Origin: the human T2T-CHM13v2.0 reference genome, Homo sapiens
Assembly: GCF_009914755.1 (NCBI RefSeq)
Contig: NC_060925.1
Reading direction: 5' to 3' (one strand)
Length of the DNA: 64,000 nt
How positions within the stretch are numbered: the stretch's first letter is position 1; every line of letters begins with the position of its first letter. Made by a program: the position numbers and the translations under genes. The notes beneath the pieces were generated by a model that ran no database searches, was not told the DNA's origin, and was given only the letters and a program-made list of their open reading frames with translations. Shown piece by piece: positions 35,001-53,692 of this stretch.

Positions 35001-36954
35001 TTTTACACTGGGGAAAAAAAAAAAAACAATGATTGAAAACATTCAATTAATAGAATACTCTGCCTCATAAATGGAGATGAATGGGTCCTTGACTCAGAAA
35101 AGCAAGCACTGGCTACTTCATGTTCACTTTGGGGAAGTTGTGGCAACACCACACAAGCCAAGCTGGGTACCCACAAAAATGCCCCAAATCCTTGCATAAC
35201 CTCTTTGCCTTTTCCTGCAAGGAAAGTGGAAAATGTATCCATTTGGGGACAGGACACTAACTCCAACCATAGACAACAGCGACGTGACCCCAGGAATGTC
35301 TCTAACCTCTCTTTGTCCCTCACCTTTATCATCAATAATGTGGCCACGCCAGCCCTTACTTCATGGGTCATAAAACAATAATCCTAGCAGGCTGCATATA
35401 ATATGTATGACATCCACTTTCTCTAACATCCATTTCACAGTGAGGCCATCACCACTGAAAGAGATTAAGCCACTAGCCCAAGGTCGTGAGTGGAGTAAGA
35501 ACTCAAACCCGGGTCGCTGGCTTCAGAGACGGGGCTCCTCCTGCTTGGCCGGGGGCCCTCCCCAGAGAAATGTGCTATTTCATCTGAAAAAGGTTATACC
35601 CCAAACAGGCTGCTGTGAGGATAACAGCAACATGGCATTATTACTTTGCTGTGAATTCTGAAATGCTTTTGTGTTGATATATTTAGACCCTTCTGTGGAA
35701 GATGAGACTGAAAAACATTGCTGATTAGATTCTGTTTTGATTTGAGAAGGGAAAAGCACCTGCCCCAGAAATCTAATTTCCTGCTGGCTTCAGCCTCTTA
35801 AGAAGAGTCCACTGGGAAGAGGTTTGAGACAGACAGGGTTTGACGTGTCGCTCTCGGATTTTTAGCTCGGTGACCGAAGGCCAGTGGTTGCCCCTCTCAG
35901 AGCCTCAGTTTCCACATCTGTAAGTGGGGACAGTAATCCCTACAGGTCTCAGGGGTGTTCCTGAAGGTTAAGCAGGGGTACCACACATCCCAGTGGGTAG
36001 AGCCCTTGGGACTGTGAGTTTGGGTCCCCTGGGCCTATGTGACCCTGGAGGAGGAACTCCATCAATGGTGTCTCCCTGCGCTGGGAGGATTATTCCCGCT
36101 TCTAAGAGGCGTATCTGAGTGGAGTGGGCCTGGCAACTAAGCGTCCATTCATCCTAAGCTCGCCTTTGGGAAGAGTTGTGTGCCAGTTCACCAAGTGGCC
36201 CCAAGATTCTCCCAAATACTTCCCTTGGTCTACCTGGCAGAAGTCCTCCGAGAATTGGGGTGCCCCAGCTCCTCTTTCTACACTGGCTTCTCAAGAGCCA
36301 GATCACTGGGTCTCCTAGGGTGTCCGCAGCGTTTCCAGCACCTTCCCACGCACCTGGCTGGCTCCAAACCCCTCCAGCACTGAGGTCTTGGCCACAACTG
36401 TCCCAGTGCAGCCCCCCAGGGACGGGAGGGCAGAAAGCAGCCTTGCTCAATGTCCTGTTACAAGGCAGGGACGGGGGTGGGGCCCTCCCCAGGAGTGGGC
36501 AGATGGGATGCCCACGGGCGGAGACCCTGGGGAGGGGAGGAATTGGACTTCCTTAGTAGGCTGGAAAAGGGGCAGGGAGAGGGGGCAGAGAACAGGTTTC
36601 TGGCCCCAGGAAACTCAGGTATTGGGAGGGCAAGAGGAAGAGGGTGGTACTGCCTCCCGGATAAGGTGACCAACTTTCCCAGTTTGCCCCGGACTGGGGG
36701 AGTGGGTTCCAGGGATGCAGGGCTTTCCACGCTAAAACAGAAACAGCCGTAGACTCTGCCGGTAAAGGGCCTGGGCAAGTCCCGGGACATGCACAAACTG
36801 TGCCTTCTGTGGAAAGGGAACTGGACCAGTTCGGGTCTCGGGGGTGCTTTCAACTCTGCCACCTGGGCTGTGGCCCCAGAAGCAGGTGGCCGGGAGGCTC
36901 TAGGGATGGCGGGGGCAGGTGAGGGGAGACTGGTGGGCTCCGGAAGGCTTCTCA

Positions 36955-37785
<831 letters not shown>

Positions 37786-37804
37786 TCAGGAAGGTGCCCT
37801 CGAT

Positions 37805-37805
37805 G
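37805..37805 (-). promoter_or_regulatory. Position -338 of ECE-1b promoter (C allele of the C-338A polymorphism)
   Basis: 37467+338=37805 is G on + (C on -); the A allele would turn ATGTGGCCC into ATTTGGCCC, an E2F-like site, as described for this variant. Position -839 (38306) is A on + (T on -), consistent with T-839G. Confidence 0.65.
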
Positions 37806-38477
37806 TGGCCCAGAGCAATCAAGACAGGTTCCCCCCGGCATCAGCCCTTAGGTGTGTCTAGGGGGTTAATGCTAGAAAGACCAGACAAAAAAGGTGGGGT
37901 AAAAAGGTAGGTGTCCCCTTTCAGTTCCCCTTTCTAGCTCAGAGGCCTTTAAGCCAGAGTTCGTGAATGAGTTTCAGAAAATTTCAGAGAACTCCCTGAC
38001 ACGGGATGAAAGGAGCTGTGTGTGTGCATTTGGATGGCTGCAGGGTGGTCCGGTGGTCACCCCCGTGCTCAAAGGTGTCGCCCTCCCTGCAACACAAGAG
38101 AACCATTGCTCCAGGGGGAGTCAGAAGCCAGGAAGGGGACCCTTCTTTCCCATCTTCCCCCTCAAGACTCGGAGCCTCAGCCAGGTGCCCCCCTCCCCAG
38201 CCCCTGAGCCCTCTCCTATAACCCTAGGCAGGGAAAGGGGGCTCTCTCGGATATGAGGTGTTCAGTTAGGGACTCAGGCCCAGCACTGTCCCAACCAAGA
38301 ACCCCAGAGAGGTCTAACCCAGCAGATTTCCAAAGGACTCTCCGCTTCTAGCAAGGCGGGAATCCCTGCATTTATGCGTACTTTTCAGCTTTGCAAAGTG
38401 CATTTCTGCTCATTCCAAATTTGATTCTCACAGTCACACATATGTGTGAATAAACAGGTTTAGAGGGGTGAGGGGCC

Positions 38478-38485
38478 TGACGTCA
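38478..38485. promoter_or_regulatory. Palindromic CRE TGACGTCA about 1 kb upstream of ECE-1b ATG
   Basis: Exact 8-mer with intact CpG; kB-like GGGAATCCCT at 38358-38367 and FOX TAAACA near 38451 nearby. Confidence 0.35.
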
Positions 38486-38591
38486 CAGGGACAGTGAGGG
38501 CAATGGCTCCAGATGGTCTCCTGGCTTCCACTCCTGCCCTCTGACAGCCCCCTCAGCAGCCAGGATGAGCCTTTAAAATGAAATCTGGCTG

Positions 38592-39232
<641 letters not shown>

Positions 39233-42200
39233 ATTCTGATATTACCACTCCCTTGCTTAAAAACCCTCCACTGTCCTGGAATGAAATCCAAACCCTTCAC
39301 CAGGCCCCATGGCCCCTGCCCACTCTGGGCCCTCATCTTGTGCTGCCAGCGCCCCCTCCCCCACCAACCTCCTCACACAACTCCTCAGTTTCTACAAGTT
39401 TCTTCTTCCCCCAAGACCTTTGTAGCTGCTGTTGTCTCTATCTGGAACATTTTTTCCTCCTCTCTACTCTTCCCATGGTCAGCTCCAACTTCAGATCTCA
39501 GCCTACCAGCTCCTCAAATGTCCCAGGAACCCTAAGCAGTCCCCCAAATTCTCTGTTACAGCATCCTGTTTGTTTTCCTTTACAGTACTTGTTGCAGACT
39601 GTTTTGTTTCCATGTCTTTATCATCACTGTCTCTGTCCCTCTCCAGAATCCACAGCTTTACTGGGGCTGGGACCTTGTCTGGCCTGTCCAACAGAGACTC
39701 TCCATCACCCGGCACAGAGTAGGTGCTCAACAAACGGTTGTTAAAATCAAAGGGGGGACAAGTAGAGGGGAAGTGCCTTCAAGTTCTCAAGAACTCTCCT
39801 GCATCTAACTTCATAATGCCTACAGAAACAGGGAACACATCTAAAGGTCACAGGCCCTGGGGAGGCAGGGTGCATGGGAAAGCTCTGAATTCTGGAGACT
39901 TCTGCCTCACTCCCACTGGGTGGAGGAGTTTCCATTACCCATCCCAGAGAGAGAGGGGACTCTGAGGCTGCTTCACTTACTGCTGGGTTGCAGCTGGGCT
40001 TTTTCTAGAACAGGACACTTGGTTACACTACGTTACCAGGTGTCGATTGCCAGAGGAAAAGACTTTTGAAAAAGAAGTTCAGTTCACAGAACATCTCCCC
40101 GGGGCATGTGGGTGGTGTAAGGGATTCACCCGGCTGGTGTACGGGATTTGTCAGTTCTTTTATACCATCTCTTTTAAGCTTCTCACCCTTCCCTCAGAAG
40201 CAGGTATCACTGGTTCCTTTTACAGAGAATGAAACTGAGGCTTGGGGAAGTTAACTCGCCCAGGTGTGGTTAAGCGATGGCTCCTCCTCCTTCTGTCTCA
40301 TTTCAGAGATTTCCCCCTTCTGGCAAGCTCTCCTGACCACCCTCCAGGGACCCCAGACAGCATTTGGTCCCTGGCTCTGTGTCCCCACACAGCCACCCTA
40401 CCCCATGCTGCCTTTTACTGAGGCACACAGCATTTTAGACAGGAGAACCCTGATGGCAGAGGCTGGGTCTCACGGGACCCTGTCTCCTTAAGGGCTTAGT
40501 CTGGGGCTGGAGCCTCTACAGATGTTTGAGCAAAGGCGGGAGGCAAGGGAGGGAGGCCGGAAGCCACCCCAGGGACTCTGATGTCCACCCTGCGGCAGCC
40601 TGTCTGTGGACAGATGATGCAGGAAGCTCACGGAACTCCCAAGCAGAAATCAGCAGAGATGGAGCCTGGTTATTTTTCAGCACACAAAAGCCGAGGGCCC
40701 CTTCCTGAGATGCCTGCCTCAGCCCGGTAGTGAAACTGAACCCACCTCAGACGGGAAAGGCTTGGCGGGCTCTGCTTGGTGGGAAGTCCACAGTGGGTGA
40801 GTGACATTTCAACAGCTGCCTGGGGCCCTTCGCCCAGGGCCTTCCATTCACTACCCCAATGGCTCCCCACACCCACCTAGAGCCTCAGCCTCACAAGTAT
40901 CGCTTCCAGCTTACAGAGAGGGGGAGGGGCCTAGACAGACCAAAAACCAACCATGCCACTTGACAAATTCTCTCCTAACCCCACAGTGCCTCGTCCCTGA
41001 GATGAGAATCATCACCTCCGCTTTACAAATGAGATGACCAAGGGTCAGAGAGGAGAAAGGACCTCCCCCCAGCCCTGAGTCACCTGCCTGGAGACTGAGG
41101 GAGCCATAATGCGAATCTTCCCCTTGCCAAACCCACTGACTCCATTACGCTGCCTCCAGAGAACCCGAGCCCCGCGGCGAGAAAGTGGTAGAGCTGGGCC
41201 TCGAACCTGGGTCCTGGACTCTTGGTCCTGTGCTCCTTGTGGAAGATGGAACTGCTTCTTCAGGTGGGAACCTCACAGAGTCTGGGTGCCCTGGGCAGAC
41301 TGAGGCTCTGGGCTGACAGGGCAGCCAGCACTTATTCTCCCTAATTGTCTCATTTGCAGTTGTGGGTGCCACGCCTGGCCCCGAGTGTGTTGGGGAAGGT
41401 AAAGAACCTCCACTTTGGTCTTCTCAGTTCCCTTCCTGGCACTGTGCAGCCGTGGAGGAGAAATCTGGGTTGAATCTGGGTCTAGTGTTCAAGAGGAGGG
41501 CCTGGCAGAAACCAAGAGTGAAGGGGTGGAACCACAGCTCCCTGTGGACTGCCCCGTCCTCAGTCCCCGGTGCCCCAGCTGCACAGAGGAAGTGATGACA
41601 GCCAGATGAAGGTGCAACAGTGCCCAGCTCTGGAAACTCCACCCTTGTAAATCAAAGGCCTGTGGTGAGCAGAAACGAGAAATATAAACACGCACAGGTT
41701 TCTGGCGACAAAAGCCTCCTGGCCTGGTAGCACCTGGGCATGACCCCCTTTGCCCAGACGACATTAGTCACTCATATGGCTCTTGCGTTTGGTTGGCCAA
41801 AGGCGGGGGATTGTTAAGTCATCTTGGGGTGATGAGGTGGAAAAGGGAAGCCCCACATGTGAAATTCTGAGGCCTGGGACTGAGCCACACCCTCCACAGC
41901 TACTTTCACATTGTCTCTAAGCCTCAGCTCCTTAGAGACGCTGCCCTTTGTGGCCGAAGTCCCCATCAGTTACTACTTTTGGTGCTGGTAATTGGCTGGG
42001 ATCTGTTCAATCTTTACATGTCATCTAAAACACACTCATATTATCTGGTAGCTAAACACTTATATTTCACAGATGCTATAATGTAGTGGGTAAAATCTCT
42101 GGATCTAAACCTCATTTCAGATCCCCAGTCTGAACTTCCCAACTCTGTGACCCTGAGCAAGTGACTCAGCCTCTCTGTGCCTCAGTACTCATCTGTCAAA

Positions 42201-42281
42201 TGAGGAGGATGATGATAACAATAGTACCTCCCTCATAGGACTGTGGTGACACTTAAATGAGTTAATATAGATAAAGTGCTT

Positions 42282-45192
42282 GGCTGGGCATGGTGACTCA
42301 TGCCTGCAATCCCAGCACCTGGGGAGACCCAGGCCGGAGGATTGTTTGAGGCCAGGAGTTCAAGACCAGCCTGGGAAACACAGCAAAACCCTGTCTCAAA
42401 AAAACAAAAACAAAAACAAACCCAAGTAACACAACTTTGGGCAAGGGATAAGATATAAAAATATGGCTATCATTTCTAAAGATATGCCACTTGACATTTA
42501 TTATTATTACATTATCCATTATATTTCCCAGTATTTTTCACCAGAGAAATTTCCATGTGATTAGCTTATTTTAAAATTTACTATGAAGTTCCTGAAAGTG
42601 TAAACTGCTTCTTTACTTTTTAATAACAGGAATCAGCTTGTATCTCTTTTTTCTTTGGCTGCCAGGAAACTCATAGCCAAATCAGAAACTCGCCTATGGG
42701 CACTTTCTTGGCCTTTAGGTTCAGCTTTTTCCTTGTCCACATTTTCCACTCTGTTTTCCGTGATTCTGATTTTCCATTTGGTATTGCATGTCGTTTTACT
42801 GAATGTATTTTATTTATAACCTATCATGAATCCTTTGTGGAACAGAGTTAGAAACAACATTTATCAGGCAATTAAGACAGACCTGAGCCCACTCACAGGT
42901 TTCCTGGCTCATGTGACCTCGGACATGTTGTTTTCACCCTCAGGTCTCAGTTTCTTCATCCGTAAAAGGGCCATTGTAAATACCGAGTAAGCTAGAACAT
43001 GAACTGCCTGGCATCCAGCAGCCCAAGCCTGCGTGAACCACACCAGAGGGACATCCTGCGCAGGCCACCTCTTTCTGCTTGCTTCTTCTTGTCTTCCTCA
43101 CCACCCCTCCCATTTGCTTCTGCCCTCATCCAGATTTTCCAGTCTTGGCCTTTGTTCAGCCAACATTTGTTGTTACTCTAGCCCTGCTGTAAACTCAGTG
43201 AAAATAACAGATTGCCCAGGTGATGGAGGTTAATATCAACAGCAAGAAGTCAAATACGAGTTATTAATAGAAATCATGTACCCTTCAGCCGGGTGCTCAT
43301 GCTTGTAATCCCAGCACTTTGGGAGGCGAGGTGGGCAGATTGCTTGAGCCCAGCAGTTTGCGACCAACCTGGGTAACACAGTGAGACTTTGTCTCTACAA
43401 AAAATTTAAAAAAAAAATTAGCTAGGTGTGGTGGCATCCACCTGTGGCCCCACTACTTAGGAGGCTGAGGTGGAAGGATTGCTTGAGCCTAGAAGGTTGA
43501 GGCTACAGTGAGCTGAGATCACGCCACTGCACTCTAGCTTGGGTGACAGAGCAAGACCCTGTCTCAACTACAAAAAAAAGAGAGAGAAATAAAATAAAAT
43601 AAAGTAAAACAAAACAAAACAGAGTCATTGACCTTGACATTGCCCAGTTCTCAAGGCTCTTTTACTCTTGTGTCTTACAATCACCATGTGGGATAAGTCC
43701 TGGGATCCCCATTTTACAGATGCAGAGACTGAGGCTCAGAGAAAGGAAGCAGCTTGCCAGAGCTGGAGCCCAAACCCAGATCTTCCTGGTTATCTCAGGG
43801 CCTCACCTCCTTTTTTTGTGCCTCCTACCCGGGGCCTGGCTCTGTAGGCTAACTTCCTTTAGAGGCTACGGGCCACCCATCTGGGATGTGGGAAATAGGG
43901 ACAGATATAACTGCTGGGGCCTGGAGAGGGAGACTCCCCTTTGTACCAAGGGCTCAGATGGAACTGAGGGCCTGTGCAGGGGAAGGCAGCAGGTGGGCAG
44001 GGGCTGGGGAGGCCTCAAGGTGAGACTCAGGGAGACACTGGAAGGCCAAGGGCACAGGGCAGAGGTAGGAGGTCAAGGTTGCTAACTGCCCCTTGGAGAA
44101 GGCAGCAGCCCTGCCAGCCTGTGAGCCAACCACTCTGGCGTGGCCCCGAGTCCCAGGGCTGGGCTCCCGTGAATGTGCTGGCAGCAGGAGACTTGCCTCC
44201 ACACACACAGCGCTGGGAAGCACTCACTCACATGGCCCAGTGTTGACTCAACTGCCAGAGGCCCTGGGGGGCACCGGGAATCTTACCTAGTGTTGCTGGC
44301 CCATTCTTCAGTGCCTGCTGTGGAGGCCACCCCATGCCCAAGCCCCAAACCTGGTCAGCAGCCTCTCACTCCTACCTGATACAGGCCACTGACCTGCCCA
44401 CCCTGTCCACTTGCCTGGCAACCTCCATCAATCATCTCTGGTCCTCTGTCCAGGCCCACTGGGCTCTGTCCCCTCGGCATGCCTTCCCCGGTGACCCCCT
44501 GACCCCCTTGATCTCCTACTGTAGCTCCCTTTAGTCTTTCAGCTCCTGGCTAGCTCCTGGCAGAACTTTCTTTTTTCTTTTTCTTTTTTTTTTTTTTTTT
44601 TTGAGACAGAATCTCACTCTGTCACCCAGGCTGGAGTACAGTCACTTAATCTTGGCTCACTGTAACCTCTGCCTCCTGGGTTCAAGCAATTCAATTCTCC
44701 TGCCTCAGCCTCCCGAGTAGCTGGGACTACAGGCGCCCGCCACCATGCCCGGCTAATTTTTGTATTTTTAGTAGAGATGGGATTTCACCACGTTGGCCAG
44801 GCTGGTCTCGAACTCCTGACTTCAGATGATCCACCCACCTCCGCCTCCCAAAGTGCTGGGATTACAGATGTGAGCCATGGCTCTTGTTGTTGTTGTTTTT
44901 TTTTTTAAGAGACTAGGTCTCGCTCTGTCACCCAGGCTGGAGTGCAGTGGTGTGATCATGGCTCACTGCAGCCTCTAAACTCATGGGATCAAGTGATGCT
45001 CTTGCCTCAGCTTCCTGAGTAGCTGGGACCACAGGTGGGTAGCACCATGCCTAGCTAATTTTAAACATTTTTTTTGTAGAGACAAGGTCTCATTGTATTG
45101 CCCGGGCTGTTCTAACTCCTGGGCTCAAGCGATCCTCCGGCCTCAGCCTCCTAAAGTGATGGGATTACAGTCATGAGTCACCATGCTTGGCC
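42282..45192. mobile_element. Alus: FLAM-like + 42282-42420, J-like + 43288-43620, - 44570-44880, - 44895-45192
   Basis: Recognisable Alu sequence. Confidence 0.87.
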
Positions 45193-47493
45193 TGGGCAGG
45201 ACTTTCTCAAGTGGAACTGCCTCACACACAGACTCCCTGGAGCTGGCAGGATGAAGCCCATGAACCTTGGCCTGGCTTGCTAAACCCTCCCTCCCGACTC
45301 CCTCAGGAGTTCGAGTCTGCCTTCTTTCTCCGGCTGGCTCCTCAGCTTAACGCGCTTTCCTCCAGGCAGCTCTCTCGGGCTTCGCAGTGACCCTTCCTCG
45401 GTGCTCCGCGGCAGCATGCTTCTGGCATCTCATCCCAACACAGTGAAGAGCAGCCAAGTGCGGCTGTGTGGCCCTGACCAAGTCATTTCACTTCAATTTT
45501 ATGCTTTGGCTTTCACATCTTTCCACGGACGTGAATGGAGATGATCATGGTGCCGACCCCAAAGGATCCTTACACGTCTTAAAAAAGTGAGCCACGGAAA
45601 GGCCTCAGCCCAGTGCCTAGCAGAGAAGCAGCACATGGGAGGGAAGGAACGACCAGAGAAGACCCGTGGTGTGCCAGGCACTAGACCTGGGGCTCGGTGG
45701 CACATGTCAGCTCCTTGCAAGTGTGAAACAACTGGAGTGCAGCGAGCATCAGTAACTCACCCTAAGTCACACATCTGGTAAACAGCAAAGCCTGGATTTG
45801 AACCCAGGTTTTCCCATGACATCAGATAAGACGGCAATCACCACCTCCTTCTAACCCACCCTGCCTCACCTGCTCCATCCTTACGACTTCAGGTGTCACC
45901 TCCCAGCTGGGTTTAAGGGGCTGAGTTGTCCACTCTGATCTTCTCCAAGCACAAACTGCAAAGCAGACCAGAAAGCAGCTGGTCCTGACTCCAGGGCTAC
46001 CCACAGATGCCCCTGCACCTCCTCATGCTCCTGTGCTCCTGTGTGATGTCCTGGACTGTGTGATGACCAGGCTGGGGAAGTCCCAATCTGAAGAGACCAA
46101 GCGCTCTCTGACAATGTGCTGATCTAATCACGTACAACTTAAGACAAAGTTAACCCGTCTCATTGAATGATATGGTATAATGGTGATGACTGAGCTGCCC
46201 AGTAATTGTGCTCAACCAGGAAGCAGCTCATGGAGTCAGTTGTAATTAGTATTTGTGTTACACAGGTGAGTGGGTGGGTGAGGGCTGGGCAGAGGGAGGA
46301 GGAAGTGGGTGGGGCAGGAAGCTCTGGGGACTCCTTGGATCCATGAACCCCATGCCAGCCAACTCATGTGGTTGATCCTGTCTAACCTTCATGATGACCT
46401 CATGATGTACTGTTATCTCTCTTCTAAGGTGAGAAAACAGGCTCAGAGAAGTCCATTCACTTGTCCAAGATCAGACAGCTAGAAAATGACAGAGCCAGGG
46501 TTCCCTCTTCAGCCCAGGCGATGTCTTGGACAGCAGAAGGAACAGGAATAGGGCTGGGAGGCTGGAGATCCACATCTCGGTCCCAGTTCTAACACTGCCT
46601 TACCCTGGGCCTCAGCAAGTAGCATCCCTCTTCAGGATACAAAGAGATAGTATGTCTGTCAGGTTGCAGACGGCTGAGGGTGTGGACTTGGGAGCTAGGC
46701 TCCTTGGATTCTAATCCTTGGGCAAGCTACTTCACCATCTGAGCCTCAGTGTCCTCATCTGTAAAATGGAGATGACAACAGTGTCTCCCTCATAGGCTTG
46801 TGAAGATAAAACGAGTAACAAGACTTAGAACAATGCCTGAATATTATTGTCATTTATGGGGAAAAAATGAGCTTTGCTGTCCATTTTTCATCTGTAAAAT
46901 GGGGAAGTAGTTGCTGGATCTGAACAGTGGTTTGCAAACAGATTTTTTTTCATTCCATAGAGTCCTTTATTTAAAAAACTAAACACAGCAACCCAAAATA
47001 CAAAAGAGATGTAAGTGGAGCTGCCACTTAGGCACTCAATGAGCTCATATCCTGACCCTGAACCCAGCTCCCTCAGGGGTTCTAAGGAATGGAGTTTGAA
47101 AAATCACTCAACTGTCTCTGAGAACTGGTGGCTCTAAGCTGAGATCAGGGTCGGGTGGAAGCAGGAAACCATGGCATGGGCCAGGATGCTGCTCACCCAC
47201 TGGAGGCAGCACATGGGGGCTGTGGGACACGCAGGGTTCCCTGCTGCTGGCCTGCTGGCTGCCACCATTCCAGCTGGACAACAGTATCCCCAGGAGGCGG
47301 CTGAGAAGCAGGGAGAAGAACACCAGGCTTGGAGTCAGGTGGGTGGCTCTGGGCAGGTCGTGTCCCTCTCTGGGGCCCATTTTCCTCACCTCTAAGAGAG
47401 GGATGGTAACACTGCACTCATCAGGGGTCCTAAGGACAAAATTGCATCACACATGTGAAAAGGCTTTGCAACGGAAAGACTGCCCTGAATGAC

Positions 47494-48907
<1,414 letters not shown>

Positions 48908-50671
48908 GGCCAATTCAACAGCCATCTCCTGCAAGTTCTGTGATGCCAGGCCCTCACCACAACCCTGTGTGGTAGGTAGCACTGTTCCCATTTGACAGAT
49001 GAGGAGACTGAGGCTCAGAGAGGTGACATGGCCACCTTGAGGCCAGACCGCCCCTTCCAGGCCAGGCTCACTAGGCTCCCCTGATGTGGAGCTGCAGGAA
49101 AGCACGTGAGGCCCAAGTGCGGCCCAAAACTGCATGGCATTCTAGCAGGCAGTGCATTCTCAGAGTGGGGAGACCCAGCGGGTATTAGGTCTTAGTCAGA
49201 AACCAACCTTAGCCCCAAAGGAACCAGCAGCTTAACAGGCTAAGTTCCCCACGTCCAGCCCCACGCCACCTGTTCCAGGAGGCCCTCTTTGAACAGTCCT
49301 GCCACCTCCCCCTCTTCTGGCCCAGGCCCCACACCAAGCCCCTTGCTGTGCACCAGGGTGGTGCTAAGCGCCCTACACACATCACTCTTTTTAATCCTGC
49401 CAACAACTTTCTGGCTCTGTGACCCGGGGAGTCTACCTGTCTGAGCCTCGACTTTCTCATTGGTGAAACGGTGATGATAACAGCTCATATCTCAGAACTG
49501 GGTGTGAGGATCAAATTAGGAAAATCCGTTAATAATGGCAAATACTTATTTGGCACTTACTGCATATCAGGCCCTGACTCGGTGACTTACAAGTAAGATA
49601 AGGGCCAGAGAGGATCTGGATGTGTCTGCTGGCCCCTTCCTGCCATGCCCCTTTTCAGGCTCCAGAAATGACCACAGACCCTTTTCCCAACCCCCTGCCC
49701 TGAGGAATGCACAGAACGCCAGAGTGGGAGCCAGAAGTCCTGGCATGAGTTCAAGCCGAGTGCTCCCTGGGCCTCAGTTTCCTCCCCTGGCCCGCCCTGC
49801 CCCCTTTGGAGGTGGAAGGTGATGACGGAAATGTAGCAGTGTTTTGCCTGGTGATGTTTATATTCCCCTCCCGTACCTTCCCCAAATGACAGGCTTGTCC
49901 AGATGAATCACCAGGGGGCAGGAATGCCCCAGCTGTTGGCCCCTGGGCAGCAGCAGCCTGCCGTGGCCCTGGGCCTGGGCTGGCTGATTTCTCTATCCTC
50001 ATCTCCAGCTCTCCCCTGCCACCCCCCGGGCCTGGGCTCTACCCAGCCAGGCTCCTGCTATTTCTGCCCCCACTTGCCCAGTGCTTTCTATGCCTCTCAT
50101 GGCTCCTCATCCACTAGGCTTCCATCTACCCAGCCCCACCACTGGCTGCTTTCCCAGAACTCCCTAAAACTGGGCTCCACCAACTGATAGCCAAGGTGCC
50201 CAGACATGCAAAGTGCCCGAGCCAGGGCAATCCCAGCAGGGTGGGGCCGTGGTACTCTCTCCTCACCTGTTCAGGGAGGTGGCACCGTGGTGGCTGTCAA
50301 AGCTCCGCCCAAGTGGCATAACCATCCCCAGCGGCCTCACCCTCCACCCTTGCCCTCGAGAGGAACATTTGTAGTGGTGGGGAACACAGATTGTGGAGAA
50401 ACAGTCAGAATTCAAATCCTGGCTCTCCCAAGCACTCACTCCATAACCTTGGGCAAATCACTTAATCCCTCTCTATGGCTCAGCTTACTCATCTGTAAAG
50501 TGGATCTATTAATAAATTGTTACAAGGATTACATGACTTACTAATAGAGAGCACTTAGGACAGGACCTGAAACAAAGGAAGCACTCAGGAAATACCAGCT
50601 GTGATTATTACTAACATTCCAACTGGCCCAAGGCAGAACTCACAAACTGGCCATCTGGCCCACAGATGTGA

Positions 50672-51598
<927 letters not shown>

Positions 51599-52094
51599 TC
51601 ATATCCTTGTCTTGGTCAAAAGTGAAATGATTTACATGCAGCTTCAAAACAAGAAAACTAAGCCATATGGCGACAGACATCAGAACAGCAGCCACCTCCG
51701 AGGATGAGACTTACTGGAAGGGCACATGAGGGAATGTTCTGGGGAATGAGAATGTCCTGGAAATACCCTCTATCTTGATTCTGTGGTTACACAGGTGTCT
51801 ACATTTGTCAAAACTCCTCAGCCCTCACTTGTGCATTTCACTGTAATGGAAATTACACCTTATTAAGAAAAAAAAATGGAAAACTGAAAGATAGGTCTGG
51901 AGGGGCTCATGTTTCAAGGAAAACAGAAACTGATTCCTTTGTAGTGCTGAACATACTGACGACTGGGAAAGAAGACACAACTGAAGATGCCTCTGCAAAA
52001 TCAGCCCGGTCCCATCCTTGGTCCCTGCTTACGTTTGAGTTTGAGACCCACAGGTTAAGGCCTTGAACGACATCTTCAAAGATCTATGCAGAAC

Positions 52095-52284
52095 TACGAC
52101 ATCCAACATAGAAGCGCCATGAGCCACATGTGGCTATTTCAATCAAATTAATTAAAAATAAAGTGAAAAATTCAACCCTCCTTTGCACTAGCCACATGTC
52201 AAATGCTTCATAGCCACACATAGGCTCGACAGCATAGACACAGGCCGTTTCTATCATCCCAGAAAGTTCCACTGGACAACACTG
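52095..52284 (-). mobile_element. MER3-like hAT-Charlie MITE
   Basis: AGCCACATGTGGCTA internal palindromes, AT-rich core, CAGAAAGTTCCACTGGACAACACTG end. Confidence 0.7.
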
Positions 52285-53326
52285 GTGTACACACAGTCTA
52301 CAAAGCCAGGCTAACTTCTGGTCTGATTAACATCTGGATCCCTGGGCAAGGCAGGCACCATGAACACTGCTGTGCAGTGCTTGACAGAGAGCAGGTACTC
52401 AGGAAATACGAGTTGAATGAATGAATGAAGGCAAAAGAAATAAACAGACTTGAGTGAATCCCAACTCAGGCCTCCGACAACTGTAAATGTTCCAGCAAAC
52501 CTCTCCTCTGAGTTTTCGTTTTCTCTGTATAGAGAATGGCATAACAATCTGTCCCTCACTCTCAAAACTGGGCACATACACCAACGTCCTCAGGGTCGCT
52601 CAGACCACCGGGGCCAAGAAGGACTCACAGGAGAACCGCTGTGTCAGCAGTCCCATCTGGAAATTCTAGAACAGGAGGGAGGCAAGGGAGCTGTGTAAGG
52701 GGCAGTGGGAGCATTTCAGTTCGTGAGAGTGGCCTCTGGAAAGGGCGGGTACGGGTGGTAAAGAGACAACAGGCTGGGCTCCACTCTGTGGGTTTGGGAG
52801 GGAGGGCTGCTGAGCACAGGGAAAAATCTACGTTCGCCCCCATGCCTGGTGGCTGGAATCTGAGCTGGAAAACAGCATCAGACACCCACAAATACCGCTG
52901 TGGTCATGGTGGCAGGACAGGGAGCCACCTCGATCCCCAGAGAGAACCCTCTGTTCTGAGTGGAATGGACCCCCCATCAGGGCAGACTGATACAGGGCCT
53001 GCCCCAAGGGCTGCTAGGAACAAAGAGGGCTGGCTGGGCCCTGAGCAAGCAGCTGGCCTGGGTTTGTCTTCCCAGCATCCATCCTTCTCCACATCCAGCC
53101 ATATGGGGCCTCCTGGACGCTGGGGATGTCAATGTCATTGTCTGTGTATTCATTTGCTCATTCATTCATTCAACAAATATTTATTATGTACCTACTATGT
53201 GCCAAAAAATGAGCTTCCCACCAGGAATACATTAAACAAAACAAAGCGTTTGCTGTCAGGAGCTTGAATTGTAATACAGGGAGAGACAATAAACAATGTT
53301 ACTAAGAGTCGCAATATTAACAATAG

Positions 53327-53692
<366 letters not shown>

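Noticed and set aside
40300-46950. Possible antisense lncRNA (ECE1-AS1), which I recall being annotated upstream of exon 1b
   Set aside because: I cannot define its TSS, exons or poly(A) site from the sequence, so it is not listed as a feature
49908-49921. CTCF-like TCACCAGGGGGCAG and other weaker CTCF-like matches
   Set aside because: Mismatch at a core position; motif-only evidence too weak
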